A stretch of 64,000 bases of DNA, taken from an uncultured Gemmatimonadales bacterium. Its GTDB lineage: Bacteria > Gemmatimonadota > Gemmatimonadetes > Gemmatimonadales > Gemmatimonadaceae. Below the pieces are notes generated by a model. The model saw nothing but the letters and a program-made list of their open reading frames with translations, made no database searches and was not told where the DNA came from. Shown here one piece after another: positions 9,571 to 19,941 of the stretch (positions within the stretch are counted from its first letter, which is position 1; every line of letters begins with the position of its first letter). Location of the stretch: positions 2,914,022 through 2,978,021 of the forward strand of contig CAVTUH010000001.1 in the NCBI GenBank assembly GCA_963737835.1. Reading direction: 5' to 3'. Both the position numbers and the translations under genes were made by a program.

Positions 9571-9606
9571 CCGGCGGGTAGGGGCGACGCATGCGTCGAC
9601 CCGCGC
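9571..9606. repeat. Copy of 38-bp palindromic REP-like element
   Basis: ccggcgggtaggggcgacgcatgcgtcgacccgcg, located between the aminopeptidase stop and the uvrD stop. Confidence 0.75.
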
Positions 9607-9607
9607 G

Positions 9608-11637
9608 TCATGCGGATGATGCGGGTCGTTGGCGTTCGCCGATCCCGAATCCCCAATCGCGATTCTGCATCACCGACCGTAGATCCAGCGGCCCGACCGG
9701 TGACGGCCCGGTGGGTTCGGAGTCCGGGCGACCGATCACGATGGATTCCATCGTGGCGCGGACACCGCGGTCGAGGAAGCGCGAGAGCTGGTCGATGGAG
9801 TAGTTGGCGCCTCGCCTGCTGCCGTACACCTGCAACGGGTAGACGACCGCCAGGTGGTGCCGCGCCCGCGTGAGCGCGACGTACATCAGCCGGCGCTCCT
9901 CCTCGAGCCCGGCGTCATCATTGAGCGCGCGCGAGGTGGGGAACCAGCCGTCGACGGCCCAGATCAGGAACACCGCGTCCCACTCCTTGCCCTTGGCCGA
10001 GTGCGCGGTGCTCAACACGAGGACGTCCTCCTCCTCGTGGTCGCCGACGGCGAGGTCATGGGTGTTGGACGGCGGCTCGAGCGCGATCGCCGCGAGGAAC
10101 GCCGACCGGTTGGGATAGCCACTCGCGACGCGCTCCAGCTGATCGAGATCGTTGAGCCGCGGCTCGACCTGATCGTAGCGCTCCCGCAGGATGTCGTCGT
10201 ACAGGCGGCGCACTCGCGCGATGTCCGCGCTCACCGACACCGCCTGTTCGCCCGTCCGCAAGCCGTCGAGCAGGGTGACGAGCGCGTGGTGCGCCGCCCG
10301 CGCACGCGGCAGGCGCGGGATAGCGCGCGAACGCGGCCGACTCCCACGCCGCCTGCGCCATCGCGGCGATCGCGGCGCGCGCGGTGCGGTCGCCGATGCC
10401 GGGTAACAGCAACAGGATCCGATACCAGCTCACCTCGTCGCGCGGATTCTCGAGCACGCGGAGAAATGCGAGCACGTCCTTGACGTGCGCCGCTTCGAGG
10501 AAGCGGAGGCCGCCCCACTTCTCGAACGGGATCTTGCGATTGGCGAGCTCGATCTCGATGGCCGCCGACATGTAGCCGGCGCGGAACAGCACCGCCATCT
10601 CGCGAAGCGGCGTGCCGGATTCGTAGAGCTCGAGGATGCGGTCGACCACGAAGTGCGTCTGCTCGTCCTCATCGCGCGCCGTGACCAGCCAGGGTCGATC
10701 GCCGCCCGTGCGCGTCGGTCCACAGCTCCTTGGTGTATCGCTCCCGGGCGCGCGCGATGAGGGTATTGGTCGTGTCGAGAATCGGCTGTACGGAGCGGTA
10801 GTTCTGCTCGAGCGTGACCTGATGGGCGCCGGGAAACTGCTGCGGGAAATCGAGGATGTTGCGGAAGCTCGCTCCGCGGAACGAGTAAATGCTCTGCGCA
10901 TCGTCGCCGACGACCGTGACGTTGCTGTGCGTCTTGCAGAGGCCGCGGAGGATGCGGGCCTGCAGGACGTTGGTGTCCTGATACTCGTCGACCAGCACGT
11001 GGTCGTAGAGCGCAGCGATCCGCGCGCCGATCGGCGCCTCGAGCACGAGCGCCCAGAACACGAGCAGGTCATCGTAGTCGACCAGATTGCGATCGCTCTT
11101 GCGCCGCGTGTAGTCGACGAAGATGCGCCCGAAATCGGTCACGTACTCCGCGAATGCCGGATACTCCTCGTTCAGGATCGTGGCGACCGGAATCTCGGTG
11201 TTGATGTGCCGCGAGTAGACGTGGTGCAGCGTCTCCTTCTTCGGGAACCGCTTCGTCTTGTCGCCGTACCCCAATTGGACACGCGAGAGATGCATGAGGT
11301 CCTGGGCATCTTCCTGGTCCATGATCGTGAAGTCGCCGGGCAACCCCGCGGCCGGGCCAAACCGGCGCAGCAGCCAATGCGCAGTCGCGTGGAACGTGCC
11401 GCCGTGTACACGTTGACTGGCCGATCCGACGATCCGCTCGACGCGGCCGAGCATCTCCTGCGCTGCACGCCGCGTGAACGTGAGCAGCAGGATGCGCTCG
11501 GGCGTCGCGCCCCGCTCGATCAGATGCGCGACGCGATGGACGAGCGTGCGCGTCTTCCCCGTGCCCGCGCCGGCAATGATCAGCAGCGGCCCATCGCCGT
11601 GTGTCGCAGCGGCCTGTTGAGCGGGGTTGAGCGTCAT
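9608..11637 (-). pseudogene. uvrD: UvrD/PcrA-family DNA helicase, split over three reading frames (two frameshifts at about 10.25 kb and 10.70 kb)
   Basis: N-terminal part (ORF 10669-11694) has the Walker A GAGTGKT, the UvrD motifs and DEYQDT. The middle part is in ORF 10056-11072 and the C-terminal part (…LVLSTAHSAKGKEWDAVFL…YVALTRARHHL) in ORF 9608-10261. Frames are contiguous, so either single-base sequencing indels or a real pseudogene. Confidence 0.75.
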
Positions 11638-11757
11638 AGGGGGAAGATACGCCGAAGGGACGGGTTCGGGGGTCTGGGGTTTGGGGTGGCACAAATCGCG
11701 GGGTTAGTCGTGGCGCGCAGCGGGTGGCGGCCGGTGGCAAAGTGGGCGGCATGAATG

Positions 11758-11890
11758 CCGCCCCTACATGTCGGCGAGGCGGTACGACGTCCGGAGTACC
11801 GTGCCCGCCTTTTGCGGCGCAGGTCGACGAATCCAGGTATAGCGCCGCGCGCAGCAACATGTAGGGGCGACCTTCAGGTCGCCCATCTAC
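11758..11890. repeat. Composite inverted repeat (gcccctacatgt … acatgtaggggc) related to the REP family, with an ~85-nt insert
   Basis: Arms at 11760-11772 and 11857-11869 are reverse complements. It lies between the uvrD start and the lipB stop. Confidence 0.5.
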
Positions 11891-11896
11891 GCGAAA

Positions 11897-12577
11897 TCAG
11901 AGGCCGATCGGCGAATCAAAATTGTGCGCGAACGGAATGAGCCCGAACCGGGTGGCGACGGCGTTGGCCACGACATCAGCAACACCGGGGGGCGCCTCGC
12001 CCAGTTCGCGGGCGATCGAGGTCATCTCGACGCCGGGGATGCCGCAGGGGACCATCAGGTCGAAGTAGGAGAGATCGGTCGTCACGTTCAGGGCGAAGCC
12101 GTGCCAGGTCACCCAGTCGCGGGCGTGGACCCCGATCGACGCGATCTTGCGATTGGTCGTCGTCGTCCACACGCCCGTCAGGCCGGTGCGGCGCGTGGCG
12201 CTGACGCCGAGCGTCGCCAGGGCGTCGATCAGCGCGCCCTCGATCTGTCGGAGGTACCAATGCAGGTCCCGCCGGTGGCGTTTGAGATCGATGATCGGAT
12301 AGCCGACGAGCTGACCCGGGCCGTGGAAGGTCACATCCCCTCCGCGTTCGACCTCGAACACCTCCACCCCGCGCGCTGCCAGGAGCGCGGCGGGCGCCGT
12401 CAGGTGGGTCGCCGACGTACTCGCGCGACCGAGCGTCACGACCGGCGGATGCTCCACGAGCAGCAGCACATCCTCCGGAATCACACCGCTGATGCGATCG
12501 CGCGCGACCGCACGCTGGAGCTCCAACGCCTCGCCGTACGGCACCTGGCCGAGGTCGGAGACCCAGAGCTCAGGCAT
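11897..12577 (-). CDS. lipB: Lipoyl(octanoyl) transferase
   Basis: LipB-like sequence (…PVVTLGRAS…FHGPGQLVGYPI…SIGVHARDWVTWHGFALNV…). Start set at the internal ATG 12577, whose ATG overlaps the lpdA stop (ATGCCTGA). The upstream extension of the ORF track (to 12874) is non-homologous. Confidence 0.85.
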   Translation of the reverse strand: MPELWVSDLGQVPYGEALELQRAVARDRISGVIPEDVLLLVEHPPVVTLGRASTSATHLTAPAALLAARGVEVFEVERGGDVTFHGPGQLVGYPIIDLKRHRRDLHWYLRQIEGALIDALATLGVSATRRTGLTGVWTTTTNRKIASIGVHARDWVTWHGFALNVTTDLSYFDLMVPCGIPGVEMTSIARELGEAPPGVADVVANAVATRFGLIPFAHNFDSPIGL

Positions 12578-13975
12578 GAACCATCCGCCCCATCGAGTCG
12601 AGCGTCGCCTCCGCGATCGCCTCGGAGAGCGTCGGGTGGGCGTGGATGGCGAGGTCGACCTCCTCGACCGTGAACTCGTTCTCCCGCGCGACGGCCAGCT
12701 CGTGGATGATCTCCGTCGCGTGGGAGCCGATGATGTGCGCGCCCAGGATCTCCCCGTACTTGGCGTCGGCGAATGATCTTGACGAATCCCTCGGTCTCGC
12801 CCGCCGTGCGCGCCCGTCCGTTCGCGGAGAACGGGAAGCGGCCCACCTTGTACGCGAGCTGTCGCTCCTTGCACTGCGCCTCGGTCAGTCCGATCAATGC
12901 GACCTCGGGATGGCAGTAGGTGGCATTGGGGATGTTGCCGTAGTTCACGAGGTGGGGATGCAGCCCAGCGAGCGTTTCGGCCACGACGACGCCTTCGCGC
13001 TGGCCCTTGTGTGCGAGCATCGGCGGGCCCGCGACGTCGCCAATGGCGTAGACGCCCGCGACCGACGTCTTCATATGGTCGTCGATCTGGATGAAGCCCC
13101 GGTCGGTCAGCTTCACGCCCAGCTTCTCCAGGCCGATCCCGTCGACATTGGGTGCGCGCCCCGCGGCGACGAGCACCTGCTCGACGGTGAGCGACTGCTC
13201 TTGTCCGCCCGCATCCACTTTCATCGACACGCCTTCCGGCCGGATCTGCACGTCACGCACCTTGGCATTGGTCAGGACGTCGATCTTGCGCTTCTTGAAC
13301 GAGCGCGCGAGCTCGGCGGCGACATCCCCGTCCTCGAGCGGCAGCATCGACGGTGCGATCTCGATCATGGTCACCTGGGTGCCGTAGGAGGCGAAGACAT
13401 CGCCGAACTCGCATCCGACGGCTCCGCACCCGACGACGGCCATTGATTTTGGCGCGCGCTCGAGCACGAGCACATCGTCCGAGGACAGCACGGTCTTGCG
13501 GTCGAGCGGCAGGCCGGCTGCGGGCAGACCCTTCACACGGGAGCCCGTCGAGATGACGATCCCGCGTTTGGCCTCGTGGGTCTCCTGTTTGCCGTCGGCA
13601 AGGGTCACCGAGACGGTGGTTGGCGAGACGAGTGTCCCCTGTCCCTTGATCCAAGTGATCTTGTTCTTCTTGAAGAGGAACTCGACGCCCTTGGAGTTCT
13701 GGGTGCTGATCGCGCGCGAGCGCTTCATCGCCGGCGCAAAGTCGAACGCGAGCGGACCCGTCGGTGATGCCGTGATCAGCCGCGTGGCGGACCTTGTTGG
13801 CCAGATAGGCGCTCTCGAGCAGCGCTTTGGCTGGGATGCATCCCCAGAGCACACAGGTCCCACCCAGACCTTCGCGCTCGACGACACCCACGGACAGCCC
13901 GAGCTGTGCCGCGCGAATGGCGCCCACATATCCTGCGGGGCCGCCGCCCAAGAAGATCACGTCGTAAGAGGCCAT
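12570..13975 (-). pseudogene. lpdA: Dihydrolipoyl dehydrogenase (E3), split over three frames (frameshifts near 13.74 kb and 12.78 kb)
   Basis: N-terminus [26 protein letters not shown]…[13 protein letters not shown] (ORF 13253-13975). Central domain in ORF 12481-13929. Deleting one base at ~12780 restores the C-terminus …IADAKYGEILGAHIIGSHATEIIHELAVARENEFTVEE…HAHPTLSEAIAEA. These are probably single-base sequencing indels. Confidence 0.8.
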
Positions 13976-14031
13976 GCGTATGCGGAGTCAGGTTGGTGAG
14001 GGCAGCATCGCCCGGGAGCACGAACGAGCAA

Positions 14032-15497
14032 TCAAAACACCATCATCAGCGGGTTCTCTACCAACTGCCGCAGCGTCTGCAGGAACCGCGCGCCCGTTGC
14101 GCCGTCGATGACGCGATGGTCGCAACTCATGGTGATGCGCATCCGCCGTCGCACCGTGATCGCGCCGTCGATCACGACGGGTCGCGGCTCCACGGTGCCG
14201 ACTGCGAGGATGGCGGTTTCCGGCGGATTGATGATAGCGGTGAATTCCTCGATCCCAAACATACCCAGATTCGAGACGGAGAATGGTCGCGCCGGTGTAC
14301 TCCTCGGGCGTCAACCGGCGCGCGCGCGCCCGGTCGGCCAGTGCACGCGCCTCATCGGCGATCTGGCGGAGTCCCTTGGTGTTGGCATCGAAGATCACGG
14401 GCGTGATGAGCCCATCCTCGACTGCCACGGCCACGCCGACGTGCACGCGATTGAAGTAGCGGACCCGATCGCCCAACCAGTGCGCGTTGACCTCGGGGTG
14501 CTGTGCGACCGCGGTCGCCACGATCTTGAGTAGGATATCGTTGACCGACACCTTGAAGGACTCGCCCTGTGCCGCCATCGCGGCGCGCATCTCTGCGATG
14601 CGCTCGACGTCGAGGTCGACGGTCAGATAGAACGTCGGCACCGGCCCAATCGACTCGGCCAGCCGCTTGGCGATCGTCTTGCGGATCTGGGTCAGCGCGA
14701 CATCATGGAAATCCCCTTCCGCCGGGACGACGCGCGGTCGGGGCAGGTCGTGGCGCGGGCGCGCTGCGGGCCGTCTCCACATCGCGCTTGACCACGCGGC
14801 CGTTGGGTCCCGTCCCCGCGATGGCTCGGAGATCGAGCCCTCGTTCCGACGCCAGTCGCCGAGCGAGCGGGGATGAGCGGATCCGACCGCCGTTTCCCGG
14901 AGCGGGGCGGTTGATCGCCGGGATGGTGGCGGCGCTGGCGGCGCTGGTCGCTCCAACCGCGGCCGGCGGCAGGGCCGTGCCGCCGCGCCGATCCACAACG
15001 GGCACCTGTTCCTGTGGCGGAGTCGACGCCTCGCCCTGTGACTGCCCAGGCGTCGTCGGTATGGGACTCGCGCCACGCACTCGACGATCTCCCGCGGGCT
15101 GCACCGGGGGCGACGCGGCCGGTCGCTCGGGCGGTGCGGTCGCGGGAGCCGGTGCGGCCGCGGGAGCTGGCGCGGCCGCTGCGACCGGCGCGGCGCTGCG
15201 TGCTTCTGCCGGCGCGGCGGCCGGTGGCGGCGCGCCAAGGAGGGCATCGATGTTCTCGTCCGGGCCCGCGATGATGCCCACCATCTGTCCGACCGGTGTT
15301 GTCGCTCCGTCCGGGATCAGGCGCTTGCGGAGCACGCCGTCCGCGCGCGCGACCAACTCCATGATCGCCTTGTCGGTCTCGACCTCCGCCAGGACGTCGC
15401 CTGCCTTGACCGGATCGCCCTCGGCCTTGTGCCAGCTCACGAGGCGCCCCTCTTCCATCGTGGGCGACAAGGCTTCCATCAGCACCTTGGTGGCCAT
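14032..15497 (-). pseudogene. pdhC: Pyruvate dehydrogenase E2 dihydrolipoamide acetyltransferase, split over three frames
   Basis: The lipoyl domain (…EVETDKAIMEL…) and E3-binding domain (SPLARRLASERGLDLRAIAGTGPNGRVVKRDVE) are in ORF 14703-15497. The catalytic core is in ORF 13988-15247. The C-terminal …SNLGMFGIEEFTAIINPP…DHRVIDGA… segment is in ORF 14032-14262. A one-base insertion is identifiable near 14285. Confidence 0.8.
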
Positions 15498-15508
15498 GGC
15501 GGGATCCG

Positions 15509-16492
15509 CTACGACGGGAGGTACATCACGCGCTTCACTGCGGCGATCGTCTTGGCGGCGTCCGGCTTCGCCGCGCGCTCCAGGTTCTTCGCGTACGGCA
15601 TGGGCGCATCGGCCTGGTGCACTCGAAGGACGGGCGCGTCGAGCTCATCGAAGCACTCGCGCTGAATGTAGTCGACGACCTGCGCGCCGATGCCGCACAC
15701 CTCCCATCCCTCCTCGAGCACGACTGCGCGATTCGTCTTGCGAACGGATTGCGTGATCGCCGCGACGTCCATTGGGCGGACCGTTCGCAGATCGAGCACT
15801 TCCGCTCGAATCCCTTCCTTCGCGAGCTCATCGGCCGCGCGTTGGGCGACGAGCACCATCTTTCCGTTCGTGATGATCGAGCAATGGTCGCCTTCGCGCT
15901 TGATGTCGGCCACACCGATGGGCACGAGATGCTCGCCCTCGGGGACGTCGCCCTTCGTGTTGTAGAGCATCTCGCCCTCCAACACGAGTACCGGGTTCCC
16001 ATCACGAATGGCGCTCTTGAGCAGGCCCTTGGCGTCCGCAGGTGTGCCAGGGGTCACGACCTTGAGTCCGGGAATGTGCATGAGCCAGGACTCCCATGCC
16101 TGGGAGTGTTGGGCGCCGAGCTGCAGCGCCGCGCCGTTGGGCCCACGAAACACGACGGGCATCGGGAACTGCCCACCGGACATGTACAACATCTTGGCCG
16201 CGGCGTTCACGACTTGATCGAGGGCGAGCACCGCAAAGTTCCACGTCATGAACTCGATGACGGGCCGCAACCCGGCCATGGCGGCGCCGACACCGACGCC
16301 CGCGAACCCGAGCTCCGTGATCGGCGTGTCGACGACCCGCTGCTCCCCGAATTCCTGCAGCAAGCCTTTCGAGATCTTGTACGCGCCCTGGTACACACCG
16401 ACTTCCTCACCCATGAGGAAGACACGATCGTCACGCTGCATCTCCTCGCGGAGTGCGTGATTGAGCGCGTCGCGATAGGTCAGGACGGGCAC
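15509..16492 (-). CDS. pdhB: Pyruvate dehydrogenase E1 component beta subunit
   Basis: 327 aa, transketolase-like pyrimidine-binding and C-terminal domains, intact. Confidence 0.93.
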   Translation of the reverse strand: MPVLTYRDALNHALREEMQRDDRVFLMGEEVGVYQGAYKISKGLLQEFGEQRVVDTPITELGFAGVGVGAAMAGLRPVIEFMTWNFAVLALDQVVNAAAKMLYMSGGQFPMPVVFRGPNGAALQLGAQHSQAWESWLMHIPGLKVVTPGTPADAKGLLKSAIRDGNPVLVLEGEMLYNTKGDVPEGEHLVPIGVADIKREGDHCSIITNGKMVLVAQRAADELAKEGIRAEVLDLRTVRPMDVAAITQSVRKTNRAVVLEEGWEVCGIGAQVVDYIQRECFDELDAPVLRVHQADAPMPYAKNLERAAKPDAAKTIAAVKRVMYLPS

Positions 16493-16495
16493 GGG

Positions 16496-17638
16496 TCAGC
16501 GAGCCGAGCCCGCGCCGTTCGAGTCGGGTCGTGACTCGACTACGACGTCCTCCAGCAGTGCCTCGGGCGCCGGCTCGGGCGACTGGTCGGCGAACTGCCA
16601 GGCATCTTCGACTACCGCGCGCACCTCAGTGTCGATTTGCGCGACCTCGTCGTCGGTCACTTCCCCGTGCGCGTGCATGTGGGCACGCAAGAGCATGATC
16701 GGGTCGCGCTTCAGATTTTCGTCCAGTTCCGCCTTGGTCCGATAGGTGCCGCTCACGGCGTCGGACATCGAATGTCCCATGAAGCGATAGGTCAGCGCTT
16801 CGATCATCGTCGGAGTCCGCGCGTGTCGCGCACGGTCCACCGCCGCGGCCACCGCCCGGCGCACGGCGAGCACATCCTGACCGTCGACGACCGCGTGCGC
16901 GATGCCGTACGAGCGGGCGCGCTCGGCGATATCCAGAACGGCGGATGCGCGCTCGACGGCGGTGCCCATGCCGTAGCGGTTGTTCTCGATGAGATAGACC
17001 ACCGGCAGCCGCCACAGACCAGCCATGTTGAGCGCTTCGTGGAACGCGCCCGAGTTGACCGCCGCTTCTCCGAAGAAGCAGAGACAGACCTGGTCGCCGC
17101 CCCGATACTTGATCGCGAAGCCGACCCCCGTCGCAATCGGGATATTGGCGCCGACGATCCCGTGCCCGCCCAGGAAGTTGTGTTCCCGACTGAAGAGGTG
17201 CATCGAGCCGCCCTTGCCGTGCGAGCAGCCCGTTGCCTTGCCGAACAGCTCGGCCATGACGGCGCGAGGGGAGATGCCGCGGGCGAGCGCTTGCGCGTGG
17301 TCTCGATAGGTCGTGATCACGTAGTCATCGTCCCGCAGCACGGAGATCGCGCCCGTGCCGGTCGCTTCCTGCCCGATGTACAAGTGGCAAAAGCCGCCGA
17401 TTTTGCCGAGTGCGTACGCCTCACCGGATCGCTCCTCGAAGCGGCGCTGCAGCAGCATCGTGCGGAGCAGCTGCCGGTGCAGCGTGCGGTCGCTCGTCTC
17501 CGCTTCCTGACCCACGCCGGTGGGTGCCGGTGCGGGAGCCGTGACGGGCGGCGCGGTAGCCGCGGGCGCAGTCGTACCGCGACTAGCGACCGGCGCGGGC
17601 TGCGCCGAAAAGGCGGATGCGGACGGCGGGGTGTTCAT
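16496..17638 (-). CDS. pdhA: Pyruvate dehydrogenase E1 component alpha subunit
   Basis: 380 aa, TPP-binding E1 alpha (…GQEA…YRDHA…GKGGSMH…). A/P-rich N-terminal extension. Confidence 0.92.
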   Translation of the reverse strand: MNTPPSASAFSAQPAPVASRGTTAPAATAPPVTAPAPAPTGVGQEAETSDRTLHRQLLRTMLLQRRFEERSGEAYALGKIGGFCHLYIGQEATGTGAISVLRDDDYVITTYRDHAQALARGISPRAVMAELFGKATGCSHGKGGSMHLFSREHNFLGGHGIVGANIPIATGVGFAIKYRGGDQVCLCFFGEAAVNSGAFHEALNMAGLWRLPVVYLIENNRYGMGTAVERASAVLDIAERARSYGIAHAVVDGQDVLAVRRAVAAAVDRARHARTPTMIEALTYRFMGHSMSDAVSGTYRTKAELDENLKRDPIMLLRAHMHAHGEVTDDEVAQIDTEVRAVVEDAWQFADQSPEPAPEALLEDVVVESRPDSNGAGSAR

Positions 17639-18558
17639 GCAGTGCGCGCCGCCGCCTTCACTTGTTCCCAGGCGTGGTAGCTCGAGCGGACCAGGGGACC
17701 ACTCTCCACGTGCCGGAATCCCATGGACATCCCGATCTCATACAACTCGCGGAATTCTGCGGGCGTGTAGTAGCGGTCGAGAGGGTGGTGGGCCGGCGAT
17801 GGCCGGAGATACTGGCCGAGCGTGAGGATGTCGACGTCGGCGGCGCGCAAATCGCGCATGACGGCGACGACCTCTTCCATCGTCTCGCCCATGCCGAGAA
17901 TGATGCCCGACTTGGTCGGAATCTCCGCCGCCAGTCGCTTGGCGAGTCGAAAGATCTCGAGCACCCGCGGGTATCGTCCGCCGGGCCGCACCCGCTTGTA
18001 CAGACGGGGCACGGTCTCAGTGTTGTGATTGTAGATCTGCGGTCCGGCCTCGAGCACAGCGCGGATCGATGTCTCGGTGCCCTGGAAGTCGGGCACGAGG
18101 ACCTCGACGGAGCACTGGGGGAGGCGCGCATGGATCTGGCGAACCGTCTCGGCGAAGATCGACGCGCCGAAGTCGGGCAGGTCGTCGCGATCGACCGATG
18201 TAATGACGGCGTGCTGCAGCCGCATTTCAGCAACGGCCGCGGCAACCCGGGCAGGCTCTTCGACGTCGTATGTCGGCGGCCGACCGTGCGTGACGGCACA
18301 ATACGCACAGTTACGGGTGCAGACGTCCCCCAGGATCATGAACGTGGCGGTGCCGTGCTCCCAGCACTCGCCGACGTTGGGGCAGTGCGCTTCCTCGCAG
18401 ACCGTGTGTAGATCCAGATCCCGGAGCAGCGACTTGAGCCGCACGTAGTTCGGCCCCCCCGGCGCCCGAACCTTGAGCCAGGACGGCTTCCGCTCGGGGA
18501 GCGGCTCGGCGCGGCGGCGCCCCATGATTTGGTAGAGGGTGTCTGTCATTTCGGACAC
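17635..18558 (-). CDS. lipA: Lipoyl synthase
   Basis: Radical-SAM CxxxCxxC (CTRNCAYC) plus the N-terminal auxiliary cluster cysteines (CEEAHCPNVGEC). 307 aa. The stop overlaps the pdhA start. Confidence 0.93.
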   Translation of the reverse strand: MSEMTDTLYQIMGRRRAEPLPERKPSWLKVRAPGGPNYVRLKSLLRDLDLHTVCEEAHCPNVGECWEHGTATFMILGDVCTRNCAYCAVTHGRPPTYDVEEPARVAAAVAEMRLQHAVITSVDRDDLPDFGASIFAETVRQIHARLPQCSVEVLVPDFQGTETSIRAVLEAGPQIYNHNTETVPRLYKRVRPGGRYPRVLEIFRLAKRLAAEIPTKSGIILGMGETMEEVVAVMRDLRAADVDILTLGQYLRPSPAHHPLDRYYTPAEFRELYEIGMSMGFRHVESGPLVRSSYHAWEQVKAAARTA

Positions 18559-18601
18559 GGCCTAAAGAAGCGAGAGCCTCGCAATATACCGGGCCACAGA
18601 C

Positions 18602-19744
18602 TCAGTCAGAAGACGACGACCCGCGGCTAAAGCGCACGGACGGGAGGGGGAAACGATCGACGCGGAACGGGCTTACGTCGACGGGGGGCGTGTCCCCCGC
18701 AACGATCGCAGCGACACAGTCGGCCGTAAGCGGAGCCATCAAAATGCCGTTGCGCGAGTGCCCGCAGGCGTACGTGAGCGCGGGATAGTCGGGGTCGGGT
18801 CCGATGATTGGCAAGAGGTCGGGTGTCGCGGGGCGAAGGCCGGCCCACGAGGAGAGCAGCGGGGCGTCCGCGAGGCCGGGGAGGATCTGGGCGCCGCCTG
18901 CGCGCAACGCGGCGAGTGCCGTCGGGTTCGTCGATGGATCGAATCCGACGCGCTCGAGCGTCGCGCCGACCAGGATCCGCTCGCCGCGGGGGACGATGTA
19001 GGCTTGCGGCCCATAGATGACGTGCTGCGGCCGCGCGCGGCCGGCGGCGGCGATTGCCAGCATCTGACCGCGCATCGGATCGATCGGCAAGGGGCGCGGC
19101 ACCCCCGGAATCCCGGCGGCCCAGGCGCCAGCCGCCAACACGGCGCGCGGCGTATGGTACGTCTCGTGAGCCGGCGCGGTCGTGCACGTGACCCCGTCGG
19201 CGTGCACCGAGATGCTCGCGACCAGCGCCTGAACGCGGGCGATTTGCGACGTGCAATCCGTTGCGTCCCGCAGGGCCCGGAGCATGGCCACATTGTCGAC
19301 CGCACCGTCCAGGTCATGAAACATTGCCCCGATCGCGTGTCCAACCGCGGGCTCGAGCGCCGCGAGGGCCGGCGCCTCTACCCATCGCCCGCTGGCCGAT
19401 CCGCGCAGGGCGTCCGCGGTCTCGGCGTCGAAGGCGACCTGCAGCACGCCGTTGCGATTGAAGGGAACCGACGCTCCGGAGCGCTCGACAAGATCGGGCA
19501 GATAGGTCACATAGCGATCGCGCGCGGCGATCGCGAAGTCGTACACCGCACCCGAGGTCCCCGGGCCATGAGTGTCCTCGAGCGACGCGCCCAGGATGCC
19601 GGCGGCCGCGGGCGATGCCTCGCCCGAGCGGCTCTCGCCGATCAGATAGACACTCAATCCTCGATCGGCGAGCGCCAGGGCCGTGCAGAGGCCGATGATG
19701 CCCGCGCCGACCACCGTTACGTCAGCCTCGCCCGATTGGGTCAC
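18602..19744 (-). CDS. FAD-dependent oxidoreductase (glycine oxidase ThiO / DAO family)
   Basis: N-terminal dinucleotide-binding VTVVGAGIIGLCTALALA motif and DAO-like layout. 380 aa. Confidence 0.75.
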   Translation of the reverse strand: MTQSGEADVTVVGAGIIGLCTALALADRGLSVYLIGESRSGEASPAAAGILGASLEDTHGPGTSGAVYDFAIAARDRYVTYLPDLVERSGASVPFNRNGVLQVAFDAETADALRGSASGRWVEAPALAALEPAVGHAIGAMFHDLDGAVDNVAMLRALRDATDCTSQIARVQALVASISVHADGVTCTTAPAHETYHTPRAVLAAGAWAAGIPGVPRPLPIDPMRGQMLAIAAAGRARPQHVIYGPQAYIVPRGERILVGATLERVGFDPSTNPTALAALRAGGAQILPGLADAPLLSSWAGLRPATPDLLPIIGPDPDYPALTYACGHSRNGILMAPLTADCVAAIVAGDTPPVDVSPFRVDRFPLPSVRFSRGSSSSD

Positions 19745-19792
19745 GGACGACCTCCCACCGTTGGGCGGGGACGGCGCAAGCCGGTGACGTAT

Positions 19793-19810
19793 GGGTCGCC
19801 CCTACCCGCC
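19793..19810. repeat. Half-site of the palindromic REP-like element
   Basis: gggtcgcccctacccgcc. Confidence 0.5.
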
Positions 19811-19941
19811 TTCGACGCGCCCGCGGCCGGGAGGGCCGCATCCGCGGGACCTAGGTGCGGGTGGACAAGTTCCCGGGACGCCTGAAACATTGTAGGGAGG
19901 TGGTTCGTAATGGTGGGTGAACCCGAACAGAGTGTCTGACG

